From: Minisyncoccia bacterium
GTDB taxonomy: Bacteria; Patescibacteriota; Minisyncoccia; Phycocordibacterales; UBA9973
Reading direction: 5' to 3'
NCBI GenBank assembly: GCA_041737125.1
Contig: JBGSSJ010000012.1
Span: forward strand, 2,637 to 66,636
DNA: 64,000 nt
The position numbers and the translations under genes are program-made. Shown in pieces: positions 55,801 through 62,562 of the stretch. Every line of letters begins with the position of its first letter. Position 1 is the first letter of the stretch. The notes under the pieces were generated by a model. It was not told the origin of the DNA. It made no database searches and saw only the letters and a program-made list of their open reading frames with translations.

Positions 55801-58800
55801 ACCTGCCCCACTTGTACCATTTCTTCCACTTCCTCCCCCACCAGTTCCTCCTGTAGCGCCTGTTCCACCAGATCCTCCAACACCAGCAAAAGTCACAGTA
55901 ATAGTTCCACCACTTGCTTGTGATGAAGAAATATTACCATTACCTTGGCCTGCTATCCCACCTATATATACTGCACCACCTACGTTTCCGGAGCCACCGT
56001 TTCCACCAACACCTCCAGCATGTCCACCAGTTCCAAGTGACCCATTTCCACCAGTACCACCATCTCCTCCCATACCTGCACTTGCTCCATTTCCAGTAAG
56101 ACTTCCTATAACACTCAGATTTGAAATAACTCCAGAAAAGTTAACACCAAAAAATGCAGTATTATCACCAGTAATACCTCCGATATATGTCGCACCTCCT
56201 ATTCCACCTGGACCACCGGTTCCACCACTTGCTGCAGTACCTCCGGCAATATTTCCAGATGCACCAGCCGTGCCACCTACCCCACCGTTTCCACCAACTC
56301 CTCCACTTACTGTAATAGTTGTAATTGTATATGTAAGATCTTTAATCACTCCAGCATTAGACCCCGTTATTCCTCCGCCGTACGCAGCTCCTCCAGTGCC
56401 TCCTGTAACACCCACAGCACCAGTTCCTCCTATTGCTCCACTTCCACCAGCACCACCAGGTGCTCCACCTCCGCCTATTCCACCTGCACCCCCAGTTGAA
56501 GTAATTGTCCCTATAGTATGTGGAGTAGAAAGTGTCGTACTCACCAATCCATTAAACCCAATAATACCTCCAGCATAACTAGCCCCACCGACACCACCGA
56601 AACCACCATTGCCCACATATGCAACACCTGCAAGACCTGCGACTCCCGGACCACTTGATCCTGGAGTACCGCTTGCTCCAGAATTTCCGCCGGCTCCTCC
56701 TATAGCTTCAATATTTCCAGAAGCATATGATCCAGAAGCAACAGTTGCAATATTGTATCCGACAACACCTCCACTTGAAGCAAGACCTCCAGCTCCACCA
56801 GAATTACCTAATGTTGCTGCACCTCCCGCAACAGCATTACTTGAATTACCACCATTTGCGCCTGATCCTCCTAAACCTCCAACTCCTCCGATGGCAGTTG
56901 CATTCCCTGTTGCATATGAACCACCAAGAACAATTCCATTTGTTGAATTATATCCCAGCAATCCACCTGCATATCCTGCACCCGCAGCGCCCCCGATTCC
57001 AAGACTTCCACCACCAGAAGCTCCGATAGTTCCACTTCCACCTGTTCCACCTGCGCTACCGATACCACCTGTTCCACCAGTTGAGATAGTGTTGCCCGTA
57101 GCATATGAATTATTGATAACACCGTTACTAAACCCAACAAGTCCTCCAGCAGAAGAATAACCTGCAGTAGCACTCGTCGCTCCATTTCCTCCTATTGCAC
57201 GGACTCCACCTGCACCACCTGCGCCGGCATTCCCAGAATTTCCACCAATAGAAAACACATCAACTTCTGAGTATGAATAAATAACACTTCCAGAAGAATT
57301 TTGTCCTACAATACCACCTGCAAAAGATAGCCCTCCTGCAGCGCCAGCTATTCCCGCTCCGCCAGCACCACCTATAGCATTTGTTCCACCCGCTCCGCCA
57401 CTGGACCCATCTGCACCATTACCACCAGAGCCTGCAGTGGAATAAACTGACCCTATCTCTGAATATGAATTAGATATTGTTGAAGTATTAAATCCTGCGA
57501 TTCCCCCTGAGTATGCAGTACCACCCACTCCACCTGCGCCACCAACAGAACCAGCAGCACCGACATGACTTGCACCACCTAGAGACCCGTTCCCTGCTGC
57601 GCCTCCAATTGCGCCACTTTTACCAGAAGATGCAGTCGCAGTAACTACACTTGTCGTATAATAATTTGTAATAAAATTCGCATTATGTCCTACAACACCA
57701 CCAGCATATGCAAGTGCACCTGCACCTCCTGCACCACCTGCACCACCTGATGCAGCGATTCCTGAATTAACTGTTGCAGTTGTTGCACCTCCTGCACCTC
57801 CTGCACCACCATCACCTGGAGTTCCACTCGTTGATGTTACTGCACCAGATGTAAGAATTAATGTTTCTGAAGTAATAACTCCAGTACTTTGACCCGCAAC
57901 TCCTCCTGCAAAAGAAGCTCCTCCAACTCCTCCTGCCGCGCCTGCGCCTCCTGCGCCGCCGATGGCATTCGTTCCGCCTGCAGCACCGGCACCGCCTGCA
58001 CCACCATTTCCTCCTGCACCACCAGTAACAATGACATCACCTGTTGAATAACTAGATGCTATCGGTCCCAAAATATATTGTCCTACCACTCCTCCTCCAT
58101 ATCCGGCACCGCCTATACCACCGACAGCTCCTGCACCACCTACTCCACCTGTCACACCTACAGCACCTACTCCTCCATTTCCTCCGTTTCCACCTATACC
58201 TCCAGCACCACCAGTTGCATTTACTGTTCCTGTTCCGTAAGAAAATAGTACTTGTCCGTTAAGATTGTAGCCAATAACACCACCAACATATGCAGCACCT
58301 CCAACTGCTCCAGCACTTCCTGCAATACCAGCAAGACTAGTGCCACCATTTCCACCAAGTGCTCCATTTCCACCTGAGCCACCTGTACCAGTTACTGTGC
58401 TCGTTGAATAATCATTTGTTAATGTGGACCCTGAGTTATATCCAATAACACCTCCCACATATGCAGCACCTCCCACAGTTGCAATAGCACCTGCTCCACT
58501 AAGAGCTCCAGCACCACCAGCTCCACCGGCACCGGCATTCCCACCAGCACCTGCAGTTCCAGTTATAGTCCCTGTTGTGTGATAACTATGACTTGTTACA
58601 TTTGTATTTACACCAACTACACCTCCAATATAAACATCACCTGCAGCACCCGCATTGGCACCTGCAATTCCAGGCAAACCAATAAGACCTGAAACTCCTG
58701 CACCACCACTCCCACCTCCGCCACCTAGTCCTATTACTTGGTTTTCAGAATATGAATATTGAATTATCCCTGTATTACGTCCTGCGAGACCACCAACCTG

Positions 58801-61800
58801 TGCGAAAGTTACAAATGCTGATCCTCCTACACCAGAGGCACCGCCTGCACCTGAAGCTCCGCTAGCCCCCTTTACTCCACCTGAGCCCCCTGTACCACCA
58901 GCACCACCTGAGCCAGCAACTCCGGTAATAACTCCTGTTGTTGCATATGAAGAAAGAATAACTCCAGCATTAAGTCCAGCAAGACCACCAACATACGCTC
59001 CACCTCCTGCACCTCCTGCACCAGCAGCACCTCCTGCACCTCCTGCATGTGCTGCACCAAGAGAAGCACTTCCTCCTGCGCCGCCTGATTGTCCATTTTT
59101 ACCATTTGATCCAGTTCCGGTCACATTGCTTGTTGAATAGTTTGAGCCTATATCTCCGATAATAATTCCAGCTGAAGCATTCTGTCCTACAAGTCCTCCA
59201 GCATGCGCAAGTGACCCTGCACCACCTGCGCCGCCTATTCCACCTATAGCAGCAGTTCCTGTTGTAGCAGTCGCACTTGCACCACCTATACCACCGGTTG
59301 AACTAGTTCCACTTTCTCCACCGAATGCTTCTACATCTCCTGTTGCATATGAAGCGCCTTCAATAATTCCTGAATTATTCCCCACTAAACCACCAACATA
59401 AGTGACTCCACCGAGAGCACCCGCTGCTCCTGCTCCACCTGCTCCACCAATCGCTGCGCCTCCGCCGGCACCCCCAACACCTGCTGTTCCCGCATTTCCC
59501 CCTGTTCCTCCAGTTCCAGTAACAGAACCTGTCGTATATGAAGCGTCAATTACTCCTGTATTAATCCAACCAGCAAGTCCGCCAACATAACTAATACCTC
59601 CCACGCCTGGAGCACCAGCTGCACCACCTGCTCCACCGATACCTGTTCCAGAGTTTGTTCCACCATTACCAGCTGCACCTGAGTCACCACCTGTACCACC
59701 TACACCGATAACTGTCGCCGAACTACTTGATGTTGTTATATTTCCTTGAGCAGAGAAACCGACAAGTCCACCTACATATGATATTGCTCCCGCACCACCT
59801 GCAAGAGTTCCACCTCCCGCACCTGCGACTGTTGCGCCACTTGTTGTATTTCCACCAGCACCACCCGAACCTGATGCACCACCTGCACCACCAGTCCCTG
59901 TAATAAAACCTGATACACTTGCACTGGTGATAGTTCCTGCATTATATCCAGCAAGCCCACCGACGTAGACGATAGACCCCGCTCCGCCAATTGTTCCTGT
60001 ACCTCCCGCTGTAGGTGTTACTCCAGATGTTCCTGTGGCACCATTTGAACCTGTCGCGCCAGATACTCCGACAGCCGTTATAGAAGCATTCGTAAGTACT
60101 ACATTTTCAATTAGGTTTGTTGTATATCCAAAAAGTCCGACATATGCGAGTGTTGTTGTATTAATAAAAAGATTGCTTATCGCATAATTGTCACCATTAA
60201 AATTCCCTGTAAATGGAGTTGTATTTGTTCCGATTGGAATAAATCCGACCCCTGCATTCCATCCTGAAGTCACACTTGCATTAATTGCATTATTTAATTT
60301 GTATGAACTAGCAAGATTAGTTCTCGCTCCTTGTAATCCGTACACATCAAAAACCATAAATGGATCAGTGCTGATTCCCATCCCTGTATATCGTCGAAAT
60401 GTTCCTGCACTTACTGAAAAATTTCCTGTTACAGAAAATGTATCGTTGAGTGGATCAGGTGCAGTAAAGGTAGCTGCGGAAGTTTGAATGTAATCACCAG
60501 ACAACCCACCAGAATTATTTATTATAAGATTTGCATTCTGAGTAATAGTTCCTGTATATCCAGATATAGTAAGAGAGCCTATAGTAAAAGCTTGATCTAT
60601 AATTGCACCATTTGAACCTGTATCAAAAATAACGTTCGTTTCAAAATCAGGTATAGAAGCTCCGCTTGCACCACCAGATGTGGCAGACCAACTAGATGTA
60701 CTACTCCAATTTGCACCAGCTGCTCCTACCCAATATCTTGTAGTGATAGGGTCAACAACTTGATCAATGGTAAGGTCTCCAATAATTTTCAAATCAAATG
60801 TTTCTAAAGGAGTAGAGAGCCCTGATAAAATTATCCTATATTTACCATCTTCAGCAATGACAGGGAAAGCAGCGATAAATTCTCCATCAACAGTATAGAC
60901 TTCAACTGTCACAGCACTACCATCATGAGTAGGCTTTGCATACAAAGTTATATCATTTCCATTATCGAGAAACGTATCAAACGTAACTCGTACAAATTGT
61001 CCGTCTAGAATATCTGCAAAAATTTGATCTCTATATTTTATTGCATCGAAAATATCTTCAAGAATATTTTTATCAGAATCCAGACGAATACCATCTGAAA
61101 TAAAAATAATTTCAAATGTCTGAGTAGAGAGGTGCGGTACTACCCAACTCACGTGATCTATATATTCATCTTCGTCATCGTCGTACGAGACGAATTCCAT
61201 ATTTTCATCTCCATTATTGGTCCATTTTATTTTTATTTGATCTTCTTGTCCTACTTTAAATATTTCTGAAATTTCTATACGGACCGGAACGTCAACCATA
61301 GGAGCTACAGCATCTTGCTCGGGAGTAGACGAAACTACTACTACTTTACCGTTATCTATTACTTGCTCCTCGATAGTTGGTAGGCGACTCGTTTCTTCGC
61401 CAAGTGATGGAGGTATTTCTTCGCTAATTGCTTCCAATGCACTTGAGCCTCCACTATTATCTATATCTTCATTCTTCTCTTCTTCGCTCTCTATAATAAT
61501 TTCTGTTACTACTTCTGGTTCTTCAATTATCTCAGTACTATCTTCATTTACTATTTCTATTACTTCCTCTTCAGCTACTTCAGGCTCGGAAATTGTTTCT
61601 ATAATATCTTCTGTTGTTACTTCTTGTTCTACAGTTACTTCTTCCGTATCTTCTATTATTTCTGTAACAGGTAGCACAGCTTCGATGGTGGGATCATTTG
61701 TAGTAACCTGAATCATTTCTACAGTTTCTTCATTGGTTGTGGATTCAATTATTACTTCATCTTGCGCATCAACAGTAAAATAAAAACTACACAATAAAAA

Positions 61801-61854
61801 AATTGCGAAGAGAAATGATAAAATTTTATTATATTTAAAAGCACAAAGCGACAT
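46804..61854 (-). CDS. Giant secreted surface protein (5,016 aa): signal peptide, acidic E/T/I-rich linker, ~450-aa N-terminal domain, ~3,200 aa of GLUG-like Gly-rich repeats, 11 FN3-like repeats, a small C-terminal domain, a Gly9 linker and a C-terminal dockerin
   Basis: One uninterrupted 15,051-nt ORF. N-terminus MSLCAFKYNKILSFLFAIFLLCSFYFTVDA. Recurring (Y)VGGLVG-N-G-I--SYATG units separated by G/A/S/T-rich spacers. FN3-like units PDAPTIGTATAGNGQATITFTPP...YTFTVTATN x11. Tail ...DLNHDGKVNSVDFSIML...DINLDKQVNSVDFSILL. Confidence 0.85.
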   Translation of the reverse strand: MSLCAFKYNKILSFLFAIFLLCSFYFTVDAQDEVIIESTTNEETVEMIQVTTNDPTIEAVLPVTEIIEDTEEVTVEQEVTTEDIIETISEPEVAEEEVIEIVNEDSTEIIEEPEVVTEIIIESEEEKNEDIDNSGGSSALEAISEEIPPSLGEETSRLPTIEEQVIDNGKVVVVSSTPEQDAVAPMVDVPVRIEISEIFKVGQEDQIKIKWTNNGDENMEFVSYDDDEDEYIDHVSWVVPHLSTQTFEIIFISDGIRLDSDKNILEDIFDAIKYRDQIFADILDGQFVRVTFDTFLDNGNDITLYAKPTHDGSAVTVEVYTVDGEFIAAFPVIAEDGKYRIILSGLSTPLETFDLKIIGDLTIDQVVDPITTRYWVGAAGANWSSTSSWSATSGGASGASIPDFETNVIFDTGSNGAIIDQAFTIGSLTISGYTGTITQNANLIINNSGGLSGDYIQTSAATFTAPDPLNDTFSVTGNFSVSAGTFRRYTGMGISTDPFMVFDVYGLQGARTNLASSYKLNNAINASVTSGWNAGVGFIPIGTNTTPFTGNFNGDNYAISNLFINTTTLAYVGLFGYTTNLIENVVLTNASITAVGVSGATGSNGATGTSGVTPTAGGTGTIGGAGSIVYVGGLAGYNAGTITSASVSGFITGTGGAGGASGSGGAGGNTTSGATVAGAGGGTLAGGAGAISYVGGLVGFSAQGNITTSSSSATVIGVGGTGGDSGAAGNGGTNSGTGIGGAGGAAGAPGVGGISYVGGLAGWINTGVIDASYTTGSVTGTGGTGGNAGTAGVGGAGGGAAIGGAGGAGAAGALGGVTYVGGLVGNNSGIIEGASYATGDVEAFGGESGTSSTGGIGGASATATTGTAAIGGIGGAGGAGSLAHAGGLVGQNASAGIIIGDIGSNYSTSNVTGTGSNGKNGQSGGAGGSASLGAAHAGGAGGAAGAGGAGGGAYVGGLAGLNAGVILSSYATTGVITGVAGSGGAGGTGGSGGVKGASGASGAGGASGVGGSAFVTFAQVGGLAGRNTGIIQYSYSENQVIGLGGGGGSGGAGVSGLIGLPGIAGANAGAAGDVYIGGVVGVNTNVTSHSYHTTGTITGTAGAGGNAGAGGAGGAGALSGAGAIATVGGAAYVGGVIGYNSGSTLTNDYSTSTVTGTGGSGGNGALGGNGGTSLAGIAGSAGAVGGAAYVGGVIGYNLNGQVLFSYGTGTVNATGGAGGIGGNGGNGGVGAVGVTGGVGGAGAVGGIGGAGYGGGVVGQYILGPIASSYSTGDVIVTGGAGGNGGAGGAGAAGGTNAIGGAGGAGAAGGVGGASFAGGVAGQSTGVITSETLILTSGAVTSTSGTPGDGGAGGAGGATTATVNSGIAASGGAGGAGGAGALAYAGGVVGHNANFITNYYTTSVVTATASSGKSGAIGGAAGNGSLGGASHVGAAGSVGGAGGVGGTAYSGGIAGFNTSTISNSYSEIGSVYSTAGSGGNGADGSSGGAGGTNAIGGAGGAGIAGAAGGLSFAGGIVGQNSSGSVIYSYSEVDVFSIGGNSGNAGAGGAGGVRAIGGNGATSATAGYSSAGGLVGFSNGVINNSYATGNTISTGGTGGIGSAGGTGGSGTIGASGGGSLGIGGAAGAGYAGGLLGYNSTNGIVLGGSYATGNATAIGGVGGLGGSGANGGNSSNAVAGGAATLGNSGGAGGLASSGGVVGYNIATVASGSYASGNIEAIGGAGGNSGASGTPGSSGPGVAGLAGVAYVGNGGFGGVGGASYAGGIIGFNGLVSTTLSTPHTIGTITSTGGAGGIGGGGAPGGAGGSGAIGGTGAVGVTGGTGGAAYGGGITGSNAGVIKDLTYTITTITVSGGVGGNGGVGGTAGASGNIAGGTAASGGTGGPGGIGGATYIGGITGDNTAFFGVNFSGVISNLSVIGSLTGNGASAGMGGDGGTGGNGSLGTGGHAGGVGGNGGSGNVGGAVYIGGIAGQGNGNISSSQASGGTITVTFAGVGGSGGTGATGGTGGGGSGRNGTSGAGGAGWVTGAVHAGGAVGYVSLSNVLIDTVHSTNDVVANGGVAANGTTGTSGANGSIGGAGGAGGSGNAIYGGGLVGYNAGAGYVVRNSYATGSVTVNGATGGDGASGGNGGDGTINNIFGGAGAVGGAGGTGGSAYSGGLIGFTTTNAYIDNSYATGTVMASAGNAGAGGNAGSGGVGGNNSVGGAGAIGGVGGVGGASYAGGLVGFSNIGEIINAYSSNTVSGTSGIGGTGGNGGSGGSGGGAAIGGAGGAGAIGGAGGANFTGGLVGDSSIGIETSYHTTGSLVAVSGAGGNGGIGGAAGASGAITNGTAAAGGIGGAGGVGGSLSLGGLVGRNNTANGIINSSYATVSMTGTGGNGGNGGQGGNGGDGSLGTNHIGGVAGNGGAGGSGATTASTALHVGGLVGQSSLGTITSSYAETGTIVVVGGSAGHGALGGIGGIGTGTALDGLNGTGGVGSFGGGIYVGGLVGYSTGIIQANSYSKTTLNITGGNGGNGAHGISASINSGTAGSAGGAGNQSSIIHAGGLVGSTTSDVISSHATVDSGSGAGNIVVTGGTPGNGGNGGDGGSGLATGGAGGAGGAGGAGGASQGSFIGGLLGSSTSTGAVSDSYSTLISISGFEQSGGTGGNGGNGGSGVGAFNGGVGALGGIGGTGGVRAVGGLVGDNLGIIRDNSYSSISFSATAGTGGTGGNGGTGGTSGSTISSGVSALGGAGGAGGAGGLAYGGGLVGRMTGTTQIVRISDSYATGSITVVGGLGGNGGLGGNGGDGSLGTSTHAGAPGALAGLAGVGGEANAGGLVGFSNFTTGASNYLDTYATGNVSSTGGTAGISGISGNGGASRSTVAGGTGGGAVVGAVGGASYAGGLIGNNRIGAGLSDIINSYATGNVSSTGGTGSTGNIGGNGANGATSAAGGASGAGGSGGIGGESNAGGLVGYSNMAAGGGSNYFHAYSTGNTVESFGGLGGNGRASGIPGAGGAGGAGGASVAAGAGGAGGVSYAGGLIAQLGSTVTITTSYATRNVTSTGGTGGNAATSVAGGIAGSGALGGVGGAGGTAGTGGASYAGGLIGNNTGIIEGSSYATGAVSSIGGNAGVSSNGASGGASSTVSGGTAATGGAGGSGAAGGLGYAGGLVGNNAATGIILNSYATGSVTAIGGNGAHGSNGGTGGNGSLGTSHIGGTGGAGGPAGGGGVSASGGLAGFNVNTTNTILTSYSLGTTVSSTSGNGGNGGIGGNGGVSSPSSAGGIGWVGGAGGASGVMYAGGFVGYNDGNIFLSSYTTSNVVGITGTGGAGGTGGNGASGSVGVSGNGGVGGVAGNGGAAGAAGLAYGGGFTGFNNTARTIKDSYSTGSLTLVGGTGGVGGAGGNGGTGGAGDVSGTGGTGGASGARTVGAAGGITYGGGFAGYNIGTLYTTYALGDVSVNGATGGVGGAAGLSGNGGTGGVSGAGGAGGGSGTTAAGGAGGALYAGGLVGYNFTAGIIQFSWSAGDVTTVGGNGGSAGASGAGGRGGNGGTLAGGAGGASIGGGAGGASGASYVGGLVGANITTGNFNTSYASGNILVTGGVGAAGAVGGTGGEGGAGGSGVSGNGGNGTIGGAGGAGGAGDAVFVGGLVGQNTGAITNAYQRGSITAIGGTPGVGGVGGVGGAGGAQGGGALGVNGNGGAGGAGGAGGSAYVGGLLGSHNTTIITNTYATGAPSGTKTNGATGGTGGSAGVGGSGGSTGGTGAAGAASLQYTGGVTGNPLGGTYVSNYWDTTTSGYATGDGVGNGVDPAGITGKTSTEMKEEATFVGWDFTSLIWSIDEASSYPYFSYQTIPDAPIIGTATPGNGQATITFTPPVNNGGSAITSYTVTSNLGHTATGGTSPITVTGLTNGTSYTFTVTATNANGTSVASATTNAVTPATVPDAPTIGTATGGNGEAVITFTPPLNNGGSVVTSYTVTSNLGHTATGGTSPITVTGLTNGVTYTFTVTATNSAGTGASSATSNSVVPSTIPDAPIIGTATAGNGQATITFTPPVNNGGSVITSYTVTSSPGGFTTSGGTSPITITGLTNGTTYTFTVTATNANGTSVASGTTNAVTPATVPDAPTNIVAVSSNGQATITFDAPISNGGSAITSYTVTSSIGGHFTTGGSSPLVVTGLTNGVAYTFTVTATNAVGTSVASTASNAVTPATVPDAPTSIIAVRGNGEATITFTPPVNNGGSTITSYTVTSSPGGFTATSNGSPITVTGLTNSVSYTFTVTATNAVGTSVASDPSNTITPATVPDAPIIGTATAGNGEAVITFTPPVNNGGSAITSYTVTSNLGHTATGGSSPLVVVGLTNGVTYTFTVTATNDVGTSVASSSSNSVTPVSVPGAPTIGTATAGNGQATITFTAPSSNGGSAITIYTVTSNLGHTATGGSSPITVTGLTNGVTYTFTVTATNSVGTGIASATTNSVTPATVPDAPTSITAVRGNGEATITFTPPVNNGGSAITSYTVTSNVGGHTATGGSSPITVTGLTNGTTYTFTVTATNIMGTSTSSGTSNSIVPATVPDAPTSITAVAGNGEATITFTPPVNNGGSAVTSYTITSNIGGHTATGGTSPITVTGLTNGVTYTFTFTATNAVGTSVASSASNSVTPATVPGAPTNVAGEAADTSVIVSWSAPASNGGSPITSYTITASPGGATMTSATTTAIFTGLTNGVTYTFSVTATNALGTGVSSGSSSGVTPASVPGAPTNLAAIIDDSSVSLSWSAPLSNGGSAITDYVIEYKLTTLGTWTVFADSVSTTPSVTVTGLANNNSYDFRVYAKNIIGTSVASGEVSGTPGSPAQVLIQSFTDLIVPSISTAVRITNEGSTAYEYQYTWCVTDSVLNTCGGGNDIFSSTAAKLIQPLENFDTTLNSTVPIAGDYYFHLDVLFGSDSSTASQSFAASTDTSVTPPGGGGGGGGGASVAPILTNACIGADLNHDGKVNSVDFSIMLSFWKTTSPFNNPCADINLDKQVNSVDFSILLYQWGKKPIAFKKQ
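46807..47031 (-). other. C-terminal dockerin module (duplicated Ca2+-binding segment) of the giant protein
   Basis: Two F-hand-like repeats, D-L-N-H-D-G-K-V-N-S-V-D-F-S-I-M-L and D-I-N-L-D-K-Q-V-N-S-V-D-F-S-I-L-L, ~30 aa apart, preceded by a GGGGGGGGG linker. Confidence 0.75.
47395..50350 (-). repeat. Eleven tandem ~267-bp coding repeats (FN3-like domains), several near-identical at nucleotide level
   Basis: Visible as periodic, near-identical spurious plus-strand ORFs (e.g. ...DPPLFTGGVNVIVASPLP...VAVTVNVY...) and as the protein repeat PDAPxIGTATAGNG(E/Q)ATITFTPPVNNGGSAITSYTVTSN...GLTNGVTYTFTVTATN. Confidence 0.85.
50450..60130 (-). repeat. ~9.7 kb of degenerate tandem coding repeats (period ~60-70 codons) encoding GLUG-like motifs plus GGxGGxGG spacers
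   Basis: Minus strand is dominated by GGN/GCN/ACN/AGY codons, so the plus strand reads as Pro-rich spurious ORFs. Motif VGGLVG...SYATG recurs dozens of times. Confidence 0.8.
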
Positions 61855-61976
61855 ATGTATATTATATCAATAAAATGCTTATTATTTTGTAAAAAAAATA
61901 CAAAATGTGTTAATAAGTAACATATTTTCGAAGAAAAAAGTTTGTTTTTAAAAAATATTTCTTATATAATATTCAA

Positions 61977-62537
61977 ATGCCAAACAATGCCAAAAAAAAT
62001 GTTTATAAACAGAAAGAATTTCAAATTTATTTATTATGGAAATCTTTACCCGCTCATGTACACGGAATGAAGAGAGCAGAACTAGAATCTTCAGGTTTTA
62101 CTGATCCACTTATTTTAAAAATTTTAAAAATTAAAAATCAAACAGAATTTGCAAAAAAATTTAATATTAAAGACCTTGGAACATTAACAGACTGGAACAA
62201 TAAAATTAAAAAAGAGAACATAGCCTCCCCTATTTTGGTTAATAACTTTGAAGAACAATTATCAAATATTAATAAGCAAATAATTTTACCTCAAATAGAT
62301 GAATTGAAACAAATAATAATAGAACAAAATAAAACTATATTTCTTTTAAAAAATGAAAATCTTTCATTAAAAAGTAAACTTAAACCCCGCGTAAAAATCA
62401 GAAAAGAAAAAGAAATAATATCCTCAGTATCAATAGACGAGACACGAATTGATTCCTTATCAAAGAAAAATAATCCCAAAGAAATAATAAAAGGTAGTAG
62501 TATCTTTCAACAAATTAAAAACCTATTTCTAGGCTAG
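61977..62537 (+). CDS. Hypothetical Lys-rich protein transcribed divergently from the giant gene
   Basis: 186 aa; basic, helical/coiled-coil-like; no recognisable motif. Confidence 0.3.
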   Translation: MPNNAKKNVYKQKEFQIYLLWKSLPAHVHGMKRAELESSGFTDPLILKILKIKNQTEFAKKFNIKDLGTLTDWNNKIKKENIASPILVNNFEEQLSNINKQIILPQIDELKQIIIEQNKTIFLLKNENLSLKSKLKPRVKIRKEKEIISSVSIDETRIDSLSKKNNPKEIIKGSSIFQQIKNLFLG

Positions 62538-62562
62538 AAATAGGTTTTTAATTACAAAATAG

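Noticed and set aside
47765-59590. Dozens of plus-strand ORFs (60-199 aa) with Pro/Ala/Val-rich translations inside the giant gene
   Set aside because: They are the antisense reading of GGN/GCN/ACN-rich Gly/Ala/Thr codons of the 15-kb minus-strand ORF. They are periodic copies of one another and none has an independent start context; this is a mirror artefact.
50450-60130. Gly-rich region considered as collagen-like triple-helix repeats
   Set aside because: Glycines are not in strict Gly-X-Y triplet register (GGAGGASGSGG patterns) and proline is essentially absent; it fits better as GLUG/PGRS-like low complexity.
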